From contig NC_086097.1 in the NCBI RefSeq assembly GCF_963921235.1, positions 158,164,001 through 158,228,000 on the forward strand: DNA of 64,000 bases, in the 5' to 3' direction. The first letter of the stretch is position 1. Every line of letters begins with the position of its first letter. The notes under the pieces were generated by a model, which searched no databases, was not told where the DNA came from, and was given only the letters and a program-made list of their open reading frames with translations. The stretch comes from Mobula hypostoma. Taxonomy: Eukaryota. Shown here one piece after another: positions 25,851-38,653 of the stretch. A program made the translations under genes and the position numbers.

Positions 25851-26021
25851 TCTATTCTTGCGCAGAATATTTCAAGTTAGGATAAGGAAAGGGACTTGCA
25901 AACTTTGGACCACAAGGCAAGACAATTATGTAATTGATCACATGGACGACCTGGACTGTCTATCCTGCTGTCTCACATCTTTGAAGCTTAAAAGATCCAA
26001 TTAAAGAGACGGACACAAATG

Positions 26022-26157
26022 TGTCAGCCTTGAAGAAGGGTCTTGACCTGAAATGTTGACTCTTTACTCATTTCCATGGATGCTGACAGATCTGCTGAGT
26101 TCCTCCAGTATTGTGTGTTGCTTTGGATTTTCAGCATCTGCAGACTTTCCTGTGTTT
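26022..26157 (+). mobile_element. PLE pLTR remnant with decayed hammerhead core
   Basis: cagccTTGAAGAagggtcttgacctGAAAtgttgact...gatctgctgagttcctccagtattgtgtgttgc...cagcatctgcagac. Confidence 0.7.
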
Positions 26158-27454
26158 TAATATTTTTATTGTTATTTTTTATCAAAGTCAGTTGGTTATG
26201 GTGAATAGCATGTTTATGAAATGTATACAATAGCTTGGGTATGAGGGGGAAATAGTCCAAATTGTCCTTGCTGTAGCATGATAACCTTCAAATCATTTGT
26301 TTTAATTGAAGCACAATGCAAACTTTCGGTGGACATCCCTGGTAGACTGACAGCTGAGTCAATGTTTTGGATATTTTCAGTACATGGTTGATAAAGTGCA
26401 TGGTGCTACTGCTGCACACAATTTGTGTGGAAAAATAGGGTAACAACACTTAATGGGATGCTGGATAAAATAGACATATAAGCCTGAAGTCTTTTGCACA
26501 CTTTTACTCATTCAGCTCCATGAAACCTTAAGGAAAATAATATTATAATGAGAACATGCATTATGAAATAGTAAATTGTCAGCCATTATCTCATTCAATT
26601 TAGTTACTGTGGGAATCGTGTTGGATTAAGTAAACTATCACTGTCCCAATTACTCTATGCTAAATGGCATGTAGAAGTGGGAATGCAATGGATTGAGCTT
26701 CCTGCTATTATTTCAATCATTTGCATTTTCAGTCAATTTCGAAAGGCCTTGCTGCCTGAAATCATTTTGACAATTGAATTGGCTGCAGCACAAAGACATC
26801 ATTTGAACTGCCGGATATTCTACATCTATCTCACTTAGCAGAATGTGTGCAGGAGTATTCCTGCAGTATTAGGTTCATGCATTTATGACAAACAAATTAG
26901 GACTCCTCTGACTGACAACTGTGCCAGCCTTGCAGATTTCATTTGTAATGTTTCCTTCACAAATCTTGCAGATTTGAAATAACTTTTATCCCCCGACCTG
27001 CATGTGAGCAAGGTAAAATTAAAATAGCCTTTTGCCTCCCTTTACCTGCAAAATACGATGATTGCATGAGTCTAAATGAATGCTTTGAAATTTGTTATCT
27101 GCCACTGAACAGGATATCTGCGTGGAATTGCCAAATATACTGGGTCACTTGTCTTTTGGAAAATGGTACCATCATCTCCATGCACAGAGGTGTATTGTAA
27201 GGTTGAGACCGGGGGAGATCGGGGAGCATTTGAAATGGGACAGAAACTGGAGAGATGATGAGTCAGGTTTATGGAGGCTGAGTCTTTGGAGAATATGAAG
27301 AATATGGTGGGGGGAAAGCAGCACAATGAGGTAAAAACATGTTATTCACTTCAGAGATCAATTTATTGTTGATCAGTGCAATTTATAAATGTATGTGAAT
27401 TTTACATTTGGTTTGCTGTTCTTCCTAAATACAAATGTTTTGTAATTGTAAGTA

Positions 27455-28350
27455 AATATTCACTGGATCAGCAAATTTGTTGATTGGGGATGTAGTGGAC
27501 AGAGAGCTTGCATGGCTTGCAGCAGGATCTGGGTCAGCTGGAAAAGTGGGTGAAAAATTGCAGATGTAATTTAATGCAGACAAGCGCGAGCTGTTGCACT
27601 TTGGTAGAACCAACCAAGGTAGGTCTTAGACAGTGAATGGTAGGTCAGTGAGGAGGGTAGAGCAAAGGCATCTGGGACTAGAGGTGCATAAGTCATTGAA
27701 AGTGGAGTCATATGTAGATAGAGTTGTGAAGAAAGCTTTTGGCACATAGGCCTTCATAAATCAAAGTATTGAGTACAGGAGATTGGATGTTTTGAAGTTG
27801 TATAAGATGTTGGTAAGGCCTAATTTGGAGTATTGTGTGCAGTTTTGGTCACCTGCCTGCAGGAAAGATGTACATAAGATTGAAAGAGTAAAGAGAAAAT
27901 TTATAAGGATGTTGCTGGGTGGGTGTGGAGGACCTGAATTATAAAGAAATATTGAATAGGTTGGGTCTGTATTCCTGGGAATATAGAAGATTGAGAGATT
28001 TGATAGAGGTATGAAAAACTGAGGAGTATAGAGTGTAAATGCAAACAGACTGAGATTGTGCTACCACAGCTCATGGGTTGGGGATGAAAGGTGAAAAGTT
28101 TAAGGGGAACATGAAGGGAAAGTTCTTCACTCAGAGGACCATGAGAGTGTGGAATGAACTGTCATTGCAAGTGGTGCATGCATACTTGTTTTCAGTTGTT
28201 TAAGAAGTTTAGATAGGTACGTGGATGGTAGGGATATGGATGGCTATGATGTTGGTGCACGTCGATGGAAGTAGGCAGTTTAAAAGGTTCGGCACAGACT
28301 AGGTAGGCCGAAAGCCCTGTTTCTGTGCTGTACTTATCAATGACTCTATA
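27455..28350 (+). mobile_element. CR1 LINE 3' ~900 bp, degenerate
   Basis: Colinear with 37175-38090 of the intact CR1, for example aaatcaaagtattgag and tggagtattgtgtgcagttttggtcacc, ending ccctgtttctgtgctgta. Confidence 0.9.
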
Positions 28351-31300
28351 TTAAAACCATATGAAATACGAAAGGGACAAAATTTGGCCTTTCATCTCAT
28401 TGCGTTTGCTCTGCCATTTGATCAGGGCTGATTTACTTTCCTCCTTAACCCCAACTCCTCCTTTCTCCATTACTACCCTTATGAATTACAAACCTATCTT
28501 GGCCGTTAAGTTGCTGTATTAGCACGCAGAAGCTGTGTCTTTTGACCTGGGATGTATATTTGAAACTCCACATAAGACCCATACAGTATAAATCCATATA
28601 ATTAAATCTTAGGCCTAATGTTAGTAAATCTTTGAGCTACTGCATTCTCGTTTGCTTTATGCTGAAAGGAGGGACCAATTTGACAACCATGTCTTCTCAG
28701 CATTGTAGAGAATGTCATCAGAAGCACCAAAGACACTAAGAAAGAACAATTATTTAAAACGGAGGGAGAAAGAACAAACTAGTTCTTTTGGAAGGTAGGA
28801 ATGTATGTGGTTGGAGTTTGAATTTAATGTTGTGGGAGTCTGTTCTGATGTGTGTGGGGGGGTGTTGTCAAGGTTAAAGTTCTTAACCTTGGGCTTGTAT
28901 ATGCATGTCAGAGATATGCAGAGGTTCTAGGACTCTTGAAATGTTTTTTCTCCTTAAGTAGTCTATTTCAGACTCTCTAATATGGTTGATATTTAACTGC
29001 CCCCCGAAACAACTTCGAAATAAAATGCAAAGAAATGGAACAAATACTTGAGTAGCCATAATTCTTAACTGGTGCCATGTGCTCATCAGCTTGCTCAAAG
29101 TGTATGGAGTAACATGAGGCTATGCACCACACTTGTGCATTCAGAGAGATGCCCAACTGCAGCTTGTGTTCCTGGCTAGGTGAGGGATTATATGGATGGG
29201 TGGTATCAGCGGGCAATTGTAGTCCAAAGTAAACCTTTGCATCCAGATTGGGGAGGATCAGTTCTTGAAAGTTGATGGGGGGAGTGGATGAAAGTTGGGA
29301 GAAACCCAGTGTAACAAAAGCTACAATATGTCTGTTGAGACGAGAAGGGATGTCTTTGCCCTCACACATATAAAATGAAGCAACATGCAGAAAGTTTGCC
29401 TTTGCATGCAGCTACTGTAAGATTACATCTAGAGTGTCAAGTCTGTTTTGTGATAATTGCAACCGGAATAGATGTATCTTGAATTGAGAAGAAAGGGGCC
29501 ATAGAGTTAAATCAATGCCATCAACAGTTTGGGTTGGAACTCTGCATCAGAATTGCAACCGTGATTCGGCCTGTAACATAAATGATTCTTCTCCCCCCAC
29601 AACTGTTGCTCAATCCACTGAATTCCTTCAGCAGATTATTTGTTGCCCCAGATTCCAGTGTCTGTAGTCTGTGTTTGCCATTTTTGTGGTGCTGAATGGA
29701 CAGCTCCCTGTGAGTCCAGGAAGGTTGACGACTGCCCCAGGAATTCACGTGCTGTACATTGCCCAGCAGTTGAATGTCAGTTCTTCAGGATCATAATATT
29801 TATTGTTGGAAGCTGTACTGGAAATCAGGAAAGAACATACTTCATGTAAGCGTAGCATTTGGTTTACTGACTTTTGTAGTTTTAATTGTACTGGTTTATT
29901 TTTGTATGACAGTTTTGTTTTTCAAAAGCATTATTGCATCTGCAGAAAAGTTCTTTTGCAACATGTTGTGTTTGGATCAATAATGTGCATTTAAGACTTA
30001 ATCAATCACTTGGGCACTAGATACTTTATCCAAACAATTGTTACTAGATCACCAGTAGAAAAAGTGTTTTAAGAGTTTTTATAGAATGAAAAGTTGTCAT
30101 TGGATTTATCGTCAAGCAACCAAGTAAGCAATAATGTTCAGTTTTGACTAGTGGGTTAAATATCTGCTCTTGAGATGGGGAAGAACAAATAATACCACTT
30201 TCTTTTCTTAACATGAGGCAGCATCACAATCTTCAGAGACTACATAGCCCATTATACAGGACTTGCTGCTCCATTATTGCAATTACTTGGTATAGGTTGA
30301 ATCGAACTCTAGATTATGAACAATTCCTGCTACTGAATTTTAGGGGACTCCATGATAGAGAGTAAAAGTTAAGAATCACATTGGGCGATTGAATTAATGA
30401 ACACAAAATAACACACCTTTAGTGTAGGCCGTGAGTGAACTAATGGGGTAAGGCAAGCAGATAGGATCTTAATAGAATAAAATAAATTTGTAGCTTCAAA
30501 TATTTTTATTCTGTAACATAAATAAAACAAAAGCAATTCAATTAAAAAAAAGCAATGCAATTTGAACAAAAATCTAAAACAAAACAGGACAGTGACTCAA
30601 GGATTCAGCATGTGCTTTTGAGTTTTCATGATGGGAAGAGGTTGTGGAAAGGATTGGGAGGGGTGCTGCCAGTTTCTGTCATTTCATAGAAATGGAAGAT
30701 GAGAGGTGCACTTAAAATTAGATTGTGGTGATCTTGACCAAATAGAAGATCATTTTTCAAAATTGGGAGATCAAAATCTTGATTATTAAAGAGCTCTGTT
30801 ATGAGGAATACCCAGAACAAATGATAGCAAACCATATTTAAATTGGCATCCACATTTTTTCTGAGAAAAATATGAAAATGCTGTTTAGTCTGAAGTCATA
30901 AAACAACCCACATAGGCAGGAAAGTTGAAAGCCTACCTTAATTTGTTCCTTTAGATTTTGTTAGTCTGCCACAAGGAGTTTTACTTGAAGAATTTGAGCC
31001 TTCTTCGAACGGAATCAAAATGAAAATCTGAATTAGACCCAAAACTACTACTTTTTAAAATCCCATTGCAAACCAAAATTTTTGGGGCTGGGAGGATTGT
31101 GAGGATTAAGTTATTTGCATTTACAAGTGAACCCTCCTGTAGTAATTTTTTTCAGAGGTCTACTTGAAATGTTATTGTTTCTGTGGTGTCTTTTATTGGA
31201 ATCATTATTGAAAAAACATTCAGACCACGCAGATGTTGACTCCAGCAAGCAAAATGTTAGGCAATCCTTGGAAAAGCTTGCCACTGCTGAAGCAAGATAG

Positions 31301-32140
31301 GTTTAGCTTTGCAATGTTTTTTTGGAAGAAACCCAGAACTATACGAAATATGATGTGCCCTGACCTTTCCATCAGATGACCTATTTGATCACAGTATAAG
31401 ACCTGTATTACAGATCACAATAGTTTTCCACCTGAGGAAGGATGTGGGCTGAATGCAGGTTGCAAGTTGGTGCTTATTAATGGTAAAATAAGGCTTAGTG
31501 GCACTGTAGTCAGTCTGGTACATTTTAGTTCTGTGTCCCATTCCAATATGTAGAAATGATCTGGACAGATAAAATAATGACAACTCTTATGGGAGGGTTA
31601 TCTGATGTACATTCAATTGTTTGTCACTTAATATAGCATTGTAAATTACAATATCTATACAGTATGTTAAATTTTCTCCAAGGCAAAAGATTTCGCTACT
31701 ATTCTGCTGCATGAAGTAGGCACTGATATTTGTTTAGTGCTCTAATTTTGAGCTCACCTATCCATCTCAATTTGTTTCAATGCTGCCACTTTTGTGAGGA
31801 TGGAACAAAAGTGACTTGTACAATAAAATGGTGTTCCCTTTGGCTTGATGTAGCATTGGTGTGTGTCTGAGATCATTGATGTGACTTCTAATGCCAAGGT
31901 GACCTAACAGAAAAAGATGAGGGAACAAACACCAATGCTGTTATATTCTGAACCTGCATGTACAGTTATTTCATGACAGCATTGCAATTCATGCCATTTA
32001 CCTGGGGCAGTTAAAATTTCATCAAGAAAATTGTTATCACTCCCAAAAAATAGCATTGCATTCAAAAGCCTGAACTTTTATCTAGCACCCATGTTCTTGT
32101 GGCATTAGCAATTTTTCATTGTCACTGGACTCCTTTAGGA

Positions 32141-32943
32141 CAGGGGTCCCCAACCTCTGTTTGCACCGCGGACTGGTTTAATATTGACAATATTCTTGTG
32201 GACTGGCCGACCGGGGGGGCGGTGTTCAAGTAGGGTTAAACTCACCTCAATATGTCTTTTACAGTTAGGGTTGCCAACTTTTTCACTCCCAAATAAGGGA
32301 CAAAAGTAGCAGTCAAATCCAGGGACACTTTACCCTAGGAAGGATTACTATGACCATGAAGCCTTGCGTGGGCACCTGTGTGCGCATGCGAGACATTCAC
32401 ATGTGATTTGCGCGTGTGTGTACGTGCCGATTTTTTTTTTTCTCCCAACAAATCGGTCTTGCCTTAATCTTCCCAACTACATTGTACGTACAGTATTTCT
32501 ACTTTATATAGGCTGTGCATTTATCATATCATTCCTGCTTTTACTATATGTTAGTGTTATTTATTTTCGGTTTTATGTGTTATTTGGTATGATTTGTTAG
32601 GTTATTTTTTGGGTCTGGGAACGCTCAAACATTTTTCACATATAAATTAATGGTAATTGCTTCTTCGCTTCAGTCCATTTCGGCATGAAAAGTTTCATAG
32701 GAATGCTCTACCTTAGCGGGGGAAGTACTGGACAAGGGCCGTCCCCTATGGGACAAACCAATTTAGCCCAATACACGGGATGTCCCGGCAAATACGGGAC
32801 AGTTGGCAACCCTATATTCAAGTTCAACAGTGCGTGACAGGGAATGAGGAAAGGTGCAGCTGACTCATATCGTTTCCTGGCGGCCCGGTAGCACATGCTT
32901 TGCGGCCCGGTACCGGTCCGTGGCCGGTGGTTGGCGACTGCTG
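32141..32943. mobile_element. hAT (Charlie-like) MITE with nested hAT element
   Basis: Imperfect TIRs caggggtccccaacc / ggttggcgactgctg. Perfect 8-bp TSD ctttagga at 32133-32140 and 32944-32951, with central TA. Confidence 0.9.
32231..32814. mobile_element. Inner hAT-type MITE (TAGGGTTGCCAAC TIR)
   Basis: tagggtt at 32231 and tagggttgccaact at 32266 pair with agttggcaacccta ending at 32814. Flanked by 8-bp tgttcaag / tattcaag (one mismatch). Confidence 0.75.
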
Positions 32944-34165
32944 CTTTAGGACATAGTTGATGTGTTGGGTATTAATAGCAGCAAATCATAATCACAATAA
33001 ATAATAAAGCAATCTGCTTTAATGAATTGATTGGGGGAATTGAGGATGATGCCTCTGGATTGTTCACTCTTCCCAAGGTGACATTCTGGCACTCTCCAGA
33101 ACTCTGCTGAATTGTCCAATTTAGTCAGCTTTCAAAATGAGGTTAGCCTATAAGCTGCTAACTTTATTTGAATAAGGGGCTACTGTAGTTAAAATGTACC
33201 TGTGCCAGTTAAAACATCAGCAAGAAAATTGTTATCACTCTCAAAAAGTAGACAAATGGAATAAATAAATTTTATTTTTAGATCTGCTTTCTTTATTCCA
33301 GTACTTTTTATTGACTGAGCTTTTTTATGTGGTCTTGTACTTGAATGTCAAGTTTTAAGGATAATTGTCAAATTATGATGACTTTAAATCCTTGTATGCT
33401 TTGTTGCATTGTGAATTCACAACTTATTAGTCAGTGACTTCAGATTTTTTGCTACCCCAAGAAGGATAGTATTTTTCCAGTCTTTTTGTAGAAGGTTGTG
33501 TAGCATGGGATTTTTGGAATGGTAATAATTTGCATTTATATAATGCCTCCAAGAAAATTAAATATTCTGACGTGCTTTATAAGCTAGTATTATGTCGACC
33601 GGGAGTCAAATCATTTGCACAGAGGGAGGCATGTAGACAGAAAAACTAATAATGTGATAATGAATGTTGTAAAAAAAAAACAGTGCTAGAAATAGTAAGC
33701 AACTAAGTAGACAAACCTGCTGCGCTCAGGCTCAATGGGGCAGCTGGCCTATTCCTGCTCCTATATCTTATTGCCTACTAAAAAATAAAGTTTTACTTTA
33801 TCTGTCTTAAATGTGTGACTCTCTTTTAGATGGTAGCGTGACGTAGCGCGCCAAGGTTTAAAATGAGAAATTTTCGACGGTTCTTGTTTCAGTCGAAGCA
33901 AGCAGCTGAGAAGAAGGGAGTGAAGAAATCGGGTAGAAAAAGTCATTTTTTTTTAAACACTGCTTGGGGAGAAGGGTCTGCACTGCGCAGGTGCATGACG
34001 TAGCGCGCCAAGGTTTAAAAGCAGACCACCATCTACAGCGGCCATTGTCGGAGTGGACTGAGTCAGAGTGGGACGGCTTTGGCTCAACAGGCTTCGGTGA
34101 GAACAGGCAGAGGCCAGGGTAGGTTCCAGTAAGTTTTTTTGTCCAGATTGTTTAGAGTAGAGAGA

Positions 34166-35099
34166 ATGCCAGGCAGGATGTTGGAATGCTCCTCTTGCAG
34201 GATGTGGGAAGTCAGGGAGCCCTCCGGTGTCCCTGACAACGACACCTGCAAGAAGTGCATCCAGCTGCAGCTCCTAACAAACCACATTAGGGAACTGGAG
34301 CAGGAGCTGGATGACCTGCAGATCATTCGGGAGAATGAGGAGATTATAGATAGTTGCTACAGGAAGGTAGTTACGCCGAAGGAGCAGAGGACAGGAAATT
34401 GGGTCACTGTCAGGCGAGGGAAGAGGAAAGGGCAGGCAGAGCAGGGTTCCCCTGTGGCCATTCTCCTCAACAACAAGTATACCGCATTGGAATCTGTTGC
34501 GGGGGATGACTTACCTGGGACAAGCTGCAGTAGCTGGATCTCTGGCACTGAGTCTGGCTCTGCAGTGCAGAAGGGAGGGTGGAAAAAGAGGAGAGCAGTA
34601 GTGATAGGGGACTCGATAGTTAGAGGTGCAGATAGGAGGTTCTGTGGTCGTGACAGAGAATCCAAGATGGTTTGTTGCCTCCCGGGTGCCAGGGTCAAGG
34701 ATGTCTCTGATCGCTTGCATGACATTCTGAAATGGGAGGGTGATCAGCCAGATGTCGTGGTGCACATCGGTACCAATGACGTAGCAAGGAAGAGTGAGGA
34801 GGTCCTGGAGAGTGAGTATAGAGAGCTTGGTAGGAAGTTGAAAAGCAGGACCTCAAGGGTGGTAATCTTAGGATTGCCACCTGCGCTATGTGCCAGTGAG
34901 GGTAGGAATAGGATGCTCTGGAGGATGAACAAGTGGCTGAGGAACTGGTGTAGGGGGCAGGGTTTCAGATTTCAGGATCATTGGGACCTCTTCTGGGCAG
35001 GTGGGATCTGTATAATAGAGACGGGTTACACTCGAACTACAGGGGGACCAATATCCTTTCAGGGAGGTTTGTTAGTGCTATTGGGGAGGCTTTAAGCTA
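34166..35099 (+). pseudogene. CR1 ORF1p: zinc-finger/coiled coil plus SGNH/GDSL esterase; frameshift near the C-terminus
   Basis: CSSC...CKKC, leucine-rich LEQELDDL, VIGDSIVRG, CCLPGARV and HIGTND. The DGLH block (WDLYNRDGLHSN) lies in a shifted frame after ~34997. Confidence 0.85.
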
Positions 35100-35102
35100 G
35101 AT

Positions 35103-38026
35103 TTGCAGGGGGATGGGAACCAGAGTGCCAGAGCTGACAGTGTGGCTGGGGTGAAAATAAATCATGTTAAAAGTTTAAGCAAATCTGCTAATAGAAGGGT
35201 TGTGAGTGGTGGTAAAAATCTTCTGAGGTGTATATATTTCAATGCTAGGAGTATTGCCGGGAAGGCGGATGAGTTGAGGGTGTGGATTGACACGTGGAAT
35301 TATGACGTTATAGCAATTAGTGAAACTTGGCTACAGGAGGGGCAGGACTGGCAGCTTAATATCCCAGGGTTCTGATGTTTCAGATGTGATTGAGGCAGAG
35401 GAATGAAAGGCGGGGGAGTAGCATTGCTTGTTAGGGAAAATATTACAGCAATGCTCAGTCAGGACAGATTAGAGGGCTTGTCTACTGAGTCCTTATGGGT
35501 GGAGCTGAGAAACAGGAAAGGTATGGCCACATTAGTGGGATTGTATTACAGACCACCCAATAGTCAACGAGAATTGGAAGAGCAAATCTGCAGAAAGATA
35601 GCAGGCAACTGCAGGAAACATAAAGTTGTAGTGGTAGGGGATTTTAATTTTCCATATATTGACTGGGACTCCCATACTGTTAGGGGTCTAGATAGTTTAG
35701 AGTTTGTAAAATGTGTTCAGGAAAGTTTTCTAAATCAATATATAGAGGGACCAACTAGAGGGGATGCAGTATTGGATCTCCTGTTAGGAAATGAGTTAGG
35801 ATAAGTGACGGAAGTCTGTGTAGGGGAGCACTTTGGTTCCAGTGACCATAACACCATTAGTTTCAACCTGATCATGGACAAGAATAGATCTGGTCCTAGG
35901 GTTGAGGTTCTGAACTGGAAGAAGGCCAAATTTGAAGAAATGAGAAAGGATCTAAAAAGCGTGGATTAGGACAGGTTGTTCTCTGGCAAAGATGTGATCG
36001 GTAGGTGGGAAGCTTTCAAAGGAGAAATTTTGAGAGTGCAGAGTTTGTATGTTCCTGTCAGGATTAAAGGCAAAGTGAATAGGAATAAGGAACCTTGGTT
36101 CTCAAGTGATATTGCAACTCTGATAAAGAAGTGAGGGAGTTGTATGACATGTATAGGAAACTGAGTAAATCAAGTGCTTGAGGAGTATAAGAAGTGCAAG
36201 AAAATACTTAAGAAAGAAATCAGGAGGGCTAAAAGAAGACATGAGGTTGCCTTGGCAGTCAAAGTGAAGGATAATCCAAAGAGCTTTTACAGGTTTATTA
36301 AGAGCAAAAGGATTGTAAGGGATAAAATGGTCCTCTTGAAGATCAGAGTGGTTGGCTATGTGCGGAACCAAAGGAAATGGGGGAGATCTTAAATAGTTTT
36401 ATTGCGTCTGTATTTACTAAAGAAACTGGCATGAAGTCTATGGAATTAAGGGAAACAAGTAGTGAGATCATGGAAACTGTACAGATTGAAAAGGAGGAGG
36501 TGCTTGCTGTCTTGAGGAAAATTAAAGTGGATAAATCCCTGGGACCTGACAGGGTGTTCCCTCGGACCTTGAAGGAGACTAGTGTTGAAATTGCGGGGGC
36601 CCTGGCAGAAATATTTAAAATGTCGCTGTCTACAGGTGAGGTGCCGGAGGCTGGGAGAGTGGCTCATGTTGTTCCGTTGTTTAAAAAAGGATCGAAAAGT
36701 AATCCGGGGAATTATAGGCCGGTAGGTTTAACATCGGTAGTAGGTAAGTTATTGGAGGGAGTACTAAGAGACAGAATCTACAAGCATTTGGATAGACAGG
36801 GACTTATTAGGGAGAGTCAACATGGCTTTGTGCTTGGTAGGTCATGTTTGACCAATCTATTGGAGTTTTTTGAGGAGGTTACCAGGAAAGTGGATGAAGG
36901 GAAGGCAGTGGATATTGTCTACATGGACTTCGGTAAGGCCTTTGACAAGGTCCCGCATGGGAGGTTAGTTAGGAAAATTCAGTCGCTAGGTATACACGGA
37001 GAGGTGGTAAATTGGATTAGACATCGGCTCAATGGAAGAAGCCAAAGAGTGGTAGTAGAGAATTGCTTCTCCGAGTGGAGGCCTGTGACTAGTGGTATGC
37101 CACAGGGATCAGTGCTGGGTCCATTGTTATTTGTCATCTATATCAATGATCTGGATGATAATGTGGTAAATTTGATCAGCAAATTTGCTGATGATACAAA
37201 GATTGGAGGTGTAGTAGACAGTGAGGAAGGTTTTCAGAGCCTGCAGAGGGACTTGGACCAGCTGGAAAAATGGGCTGAAAAATGGCAGATGGAGTTTAAT
37301 ACAGACATGTGTGAGGTATTGCACGTTGGAAGGACAAACCAAGGTAGAACATACAGGATTAATGGTAAGGCACTGAGGCGTGCAGTGGAACAGAGGGATC
37401 TGGGAATACAGATACAAAATTCCCTAAAAGTGGCGTCACAGGTAGATAGGGTCATAAAGAGAGCTTTTGGTACATTGGCCTTTATTAATCAAAGTATTGA
37501 GAATAAGAGCTGGAATGTTATGATGAGGTTGTATAAGGCATTGGTGAGGCCGAATCTGGAGTATTGTGTTCAGTTTTGGTCACCAAATTACAGGAAGGAT
37601 ATAAATAAGGTTGAAAGAGTGCAGAGAAGGTTTAAAAGGATGTTGCTGGGACTTGAGAAACTCAGTTACAGAGAACGGTTGAATAGGTTAGGACTTTATT
37701 CCTTGGAGCGTAGAAGATTAAGGGGAGATTTGATTGAGGTATATAAAATTATGATGGGTATGGATAGAGTGAATGCAAGCAGGCTTTTTCCACTGAGGCA
37801 AGGGGAGAAAAAAACCAGAGGACATGGGTTAAGGGTGAGGGGGGAAAAGTTTAAAGGGAACATTGTGGGGGGCTTCTTCACACAGAGAGTGGTGAGAGTA
37901 TGGAATGAGCTGCCAGACGAGGTGGTAAATGCGGGTTCTTTTTTAACATTTAAGAATAGATTGGACAGATACATGGATGGGAGGTGTATGGAGGGATATG
38001 GTCCGTGTGCAGGTCAGTGGGACTAG
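35103..38026 (+). pseudogene. CR1 ORF2p (APE endonuclease plus RT); EN/tether region disrupted, RT segment 36377-38026 open for 549 aa
   Basis: YFNARSI, AISETWL, GGGVALLV, YYRPP and GDFNFP (endonuclease). NYRPVGLTS, QHGF, DFGKAFDKVPH, PQGSVLGPLLF and KFADDTK (RT). Internal stops at ~35373 and ~35802, plus frameshifts. Confidence 0.92.
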
Positions 38027-38653
38027 GCAGAAAATGGTTCGGCACAGCCGAGAAGGGCCAAAAGGCCTGTTTCTGTGCTGTAGTTTTTCTATGGTTTCTA
38101 TGGTGATCTAAGAATAAGAATCGTACCCTCTATATCTTCAGTGGAACAACCCATTTGAAGCTTGCATTATTCAGTCAATTCCTCCCATGCTATTCTAAAC
38201 TTGAGCAAATGCCATCTGATCAGACTTTTTCAACAGACCCGCCTATTCTAGGTATCAGTGTTGTATCCTTCACAGAATTCCGATTCATAAATATCTTTAA
38301 ATAAGATCCATACTGTATACAGTACTGCAGAGGTAGCCTTGCCCATTTCTTGTCTAATAAAGCATAAACTCCCTACTTTTTGCACCCAATTGTCTTAGTG
38401 ATAAATAATAACATTCAGTTAGCATTCATAATTGCTTGTACCTAAGTACGAGCCTTTTTCTATTGCATTCCAGGGTAGCTGGATTCTTTTTGCATCTCAT
38501 CTGAGTCTCTCACCGTTTACATAATGCGTCAATTAACTTTTCCTGTCAAAGTAGGCAAATGGAGAGCCCTGTTGGCAGCTGATGGAGTAACATCCTACCC
38601 TATTTATTGTCTCCTACCAGTTTTTTTCAAAACTTTATTATAATACTTTAATA

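Larger units (their letters stand above)
33830..38105 (+). mobile_element. Near full-length CR1 LINE (HER1-like)
   Basis: 5' UTR, ORF1, EN-RT ORF2 and 3' UTR ending in an (ttctatgg)n-type tail at ~38085-38104. The 5' boundary is approximate and no TSD was identified. Confidence 0.92.

Noticed and set aside
29789..29845. Possible 57-nt exon (ttcttcag|GATCAT...CTTCAT|gtaagc)
   Set aside because: Splice-like ends and an open frame are present, but the polypyrimidine tract is weak and the peptide (DHNIYCWKLYWKSGKNILH) is not recognisable. It cannot be supported without RNA-seq.
282..33800. Many 60-140 aa ORFs in the ORF track as host genes
   Set aside because: They are TE fragments, antisense frames of TEs or low-complexity chance ORFs, often with non-ATG starts. 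No recognisable host domain or consistent exon chain was found.
34139..35095. Stand-alone host GDSL lipase gene
   Set aside because: It lies directly upstream of an EN-RT ORF inside a CR1 element and is that element's ORF1.
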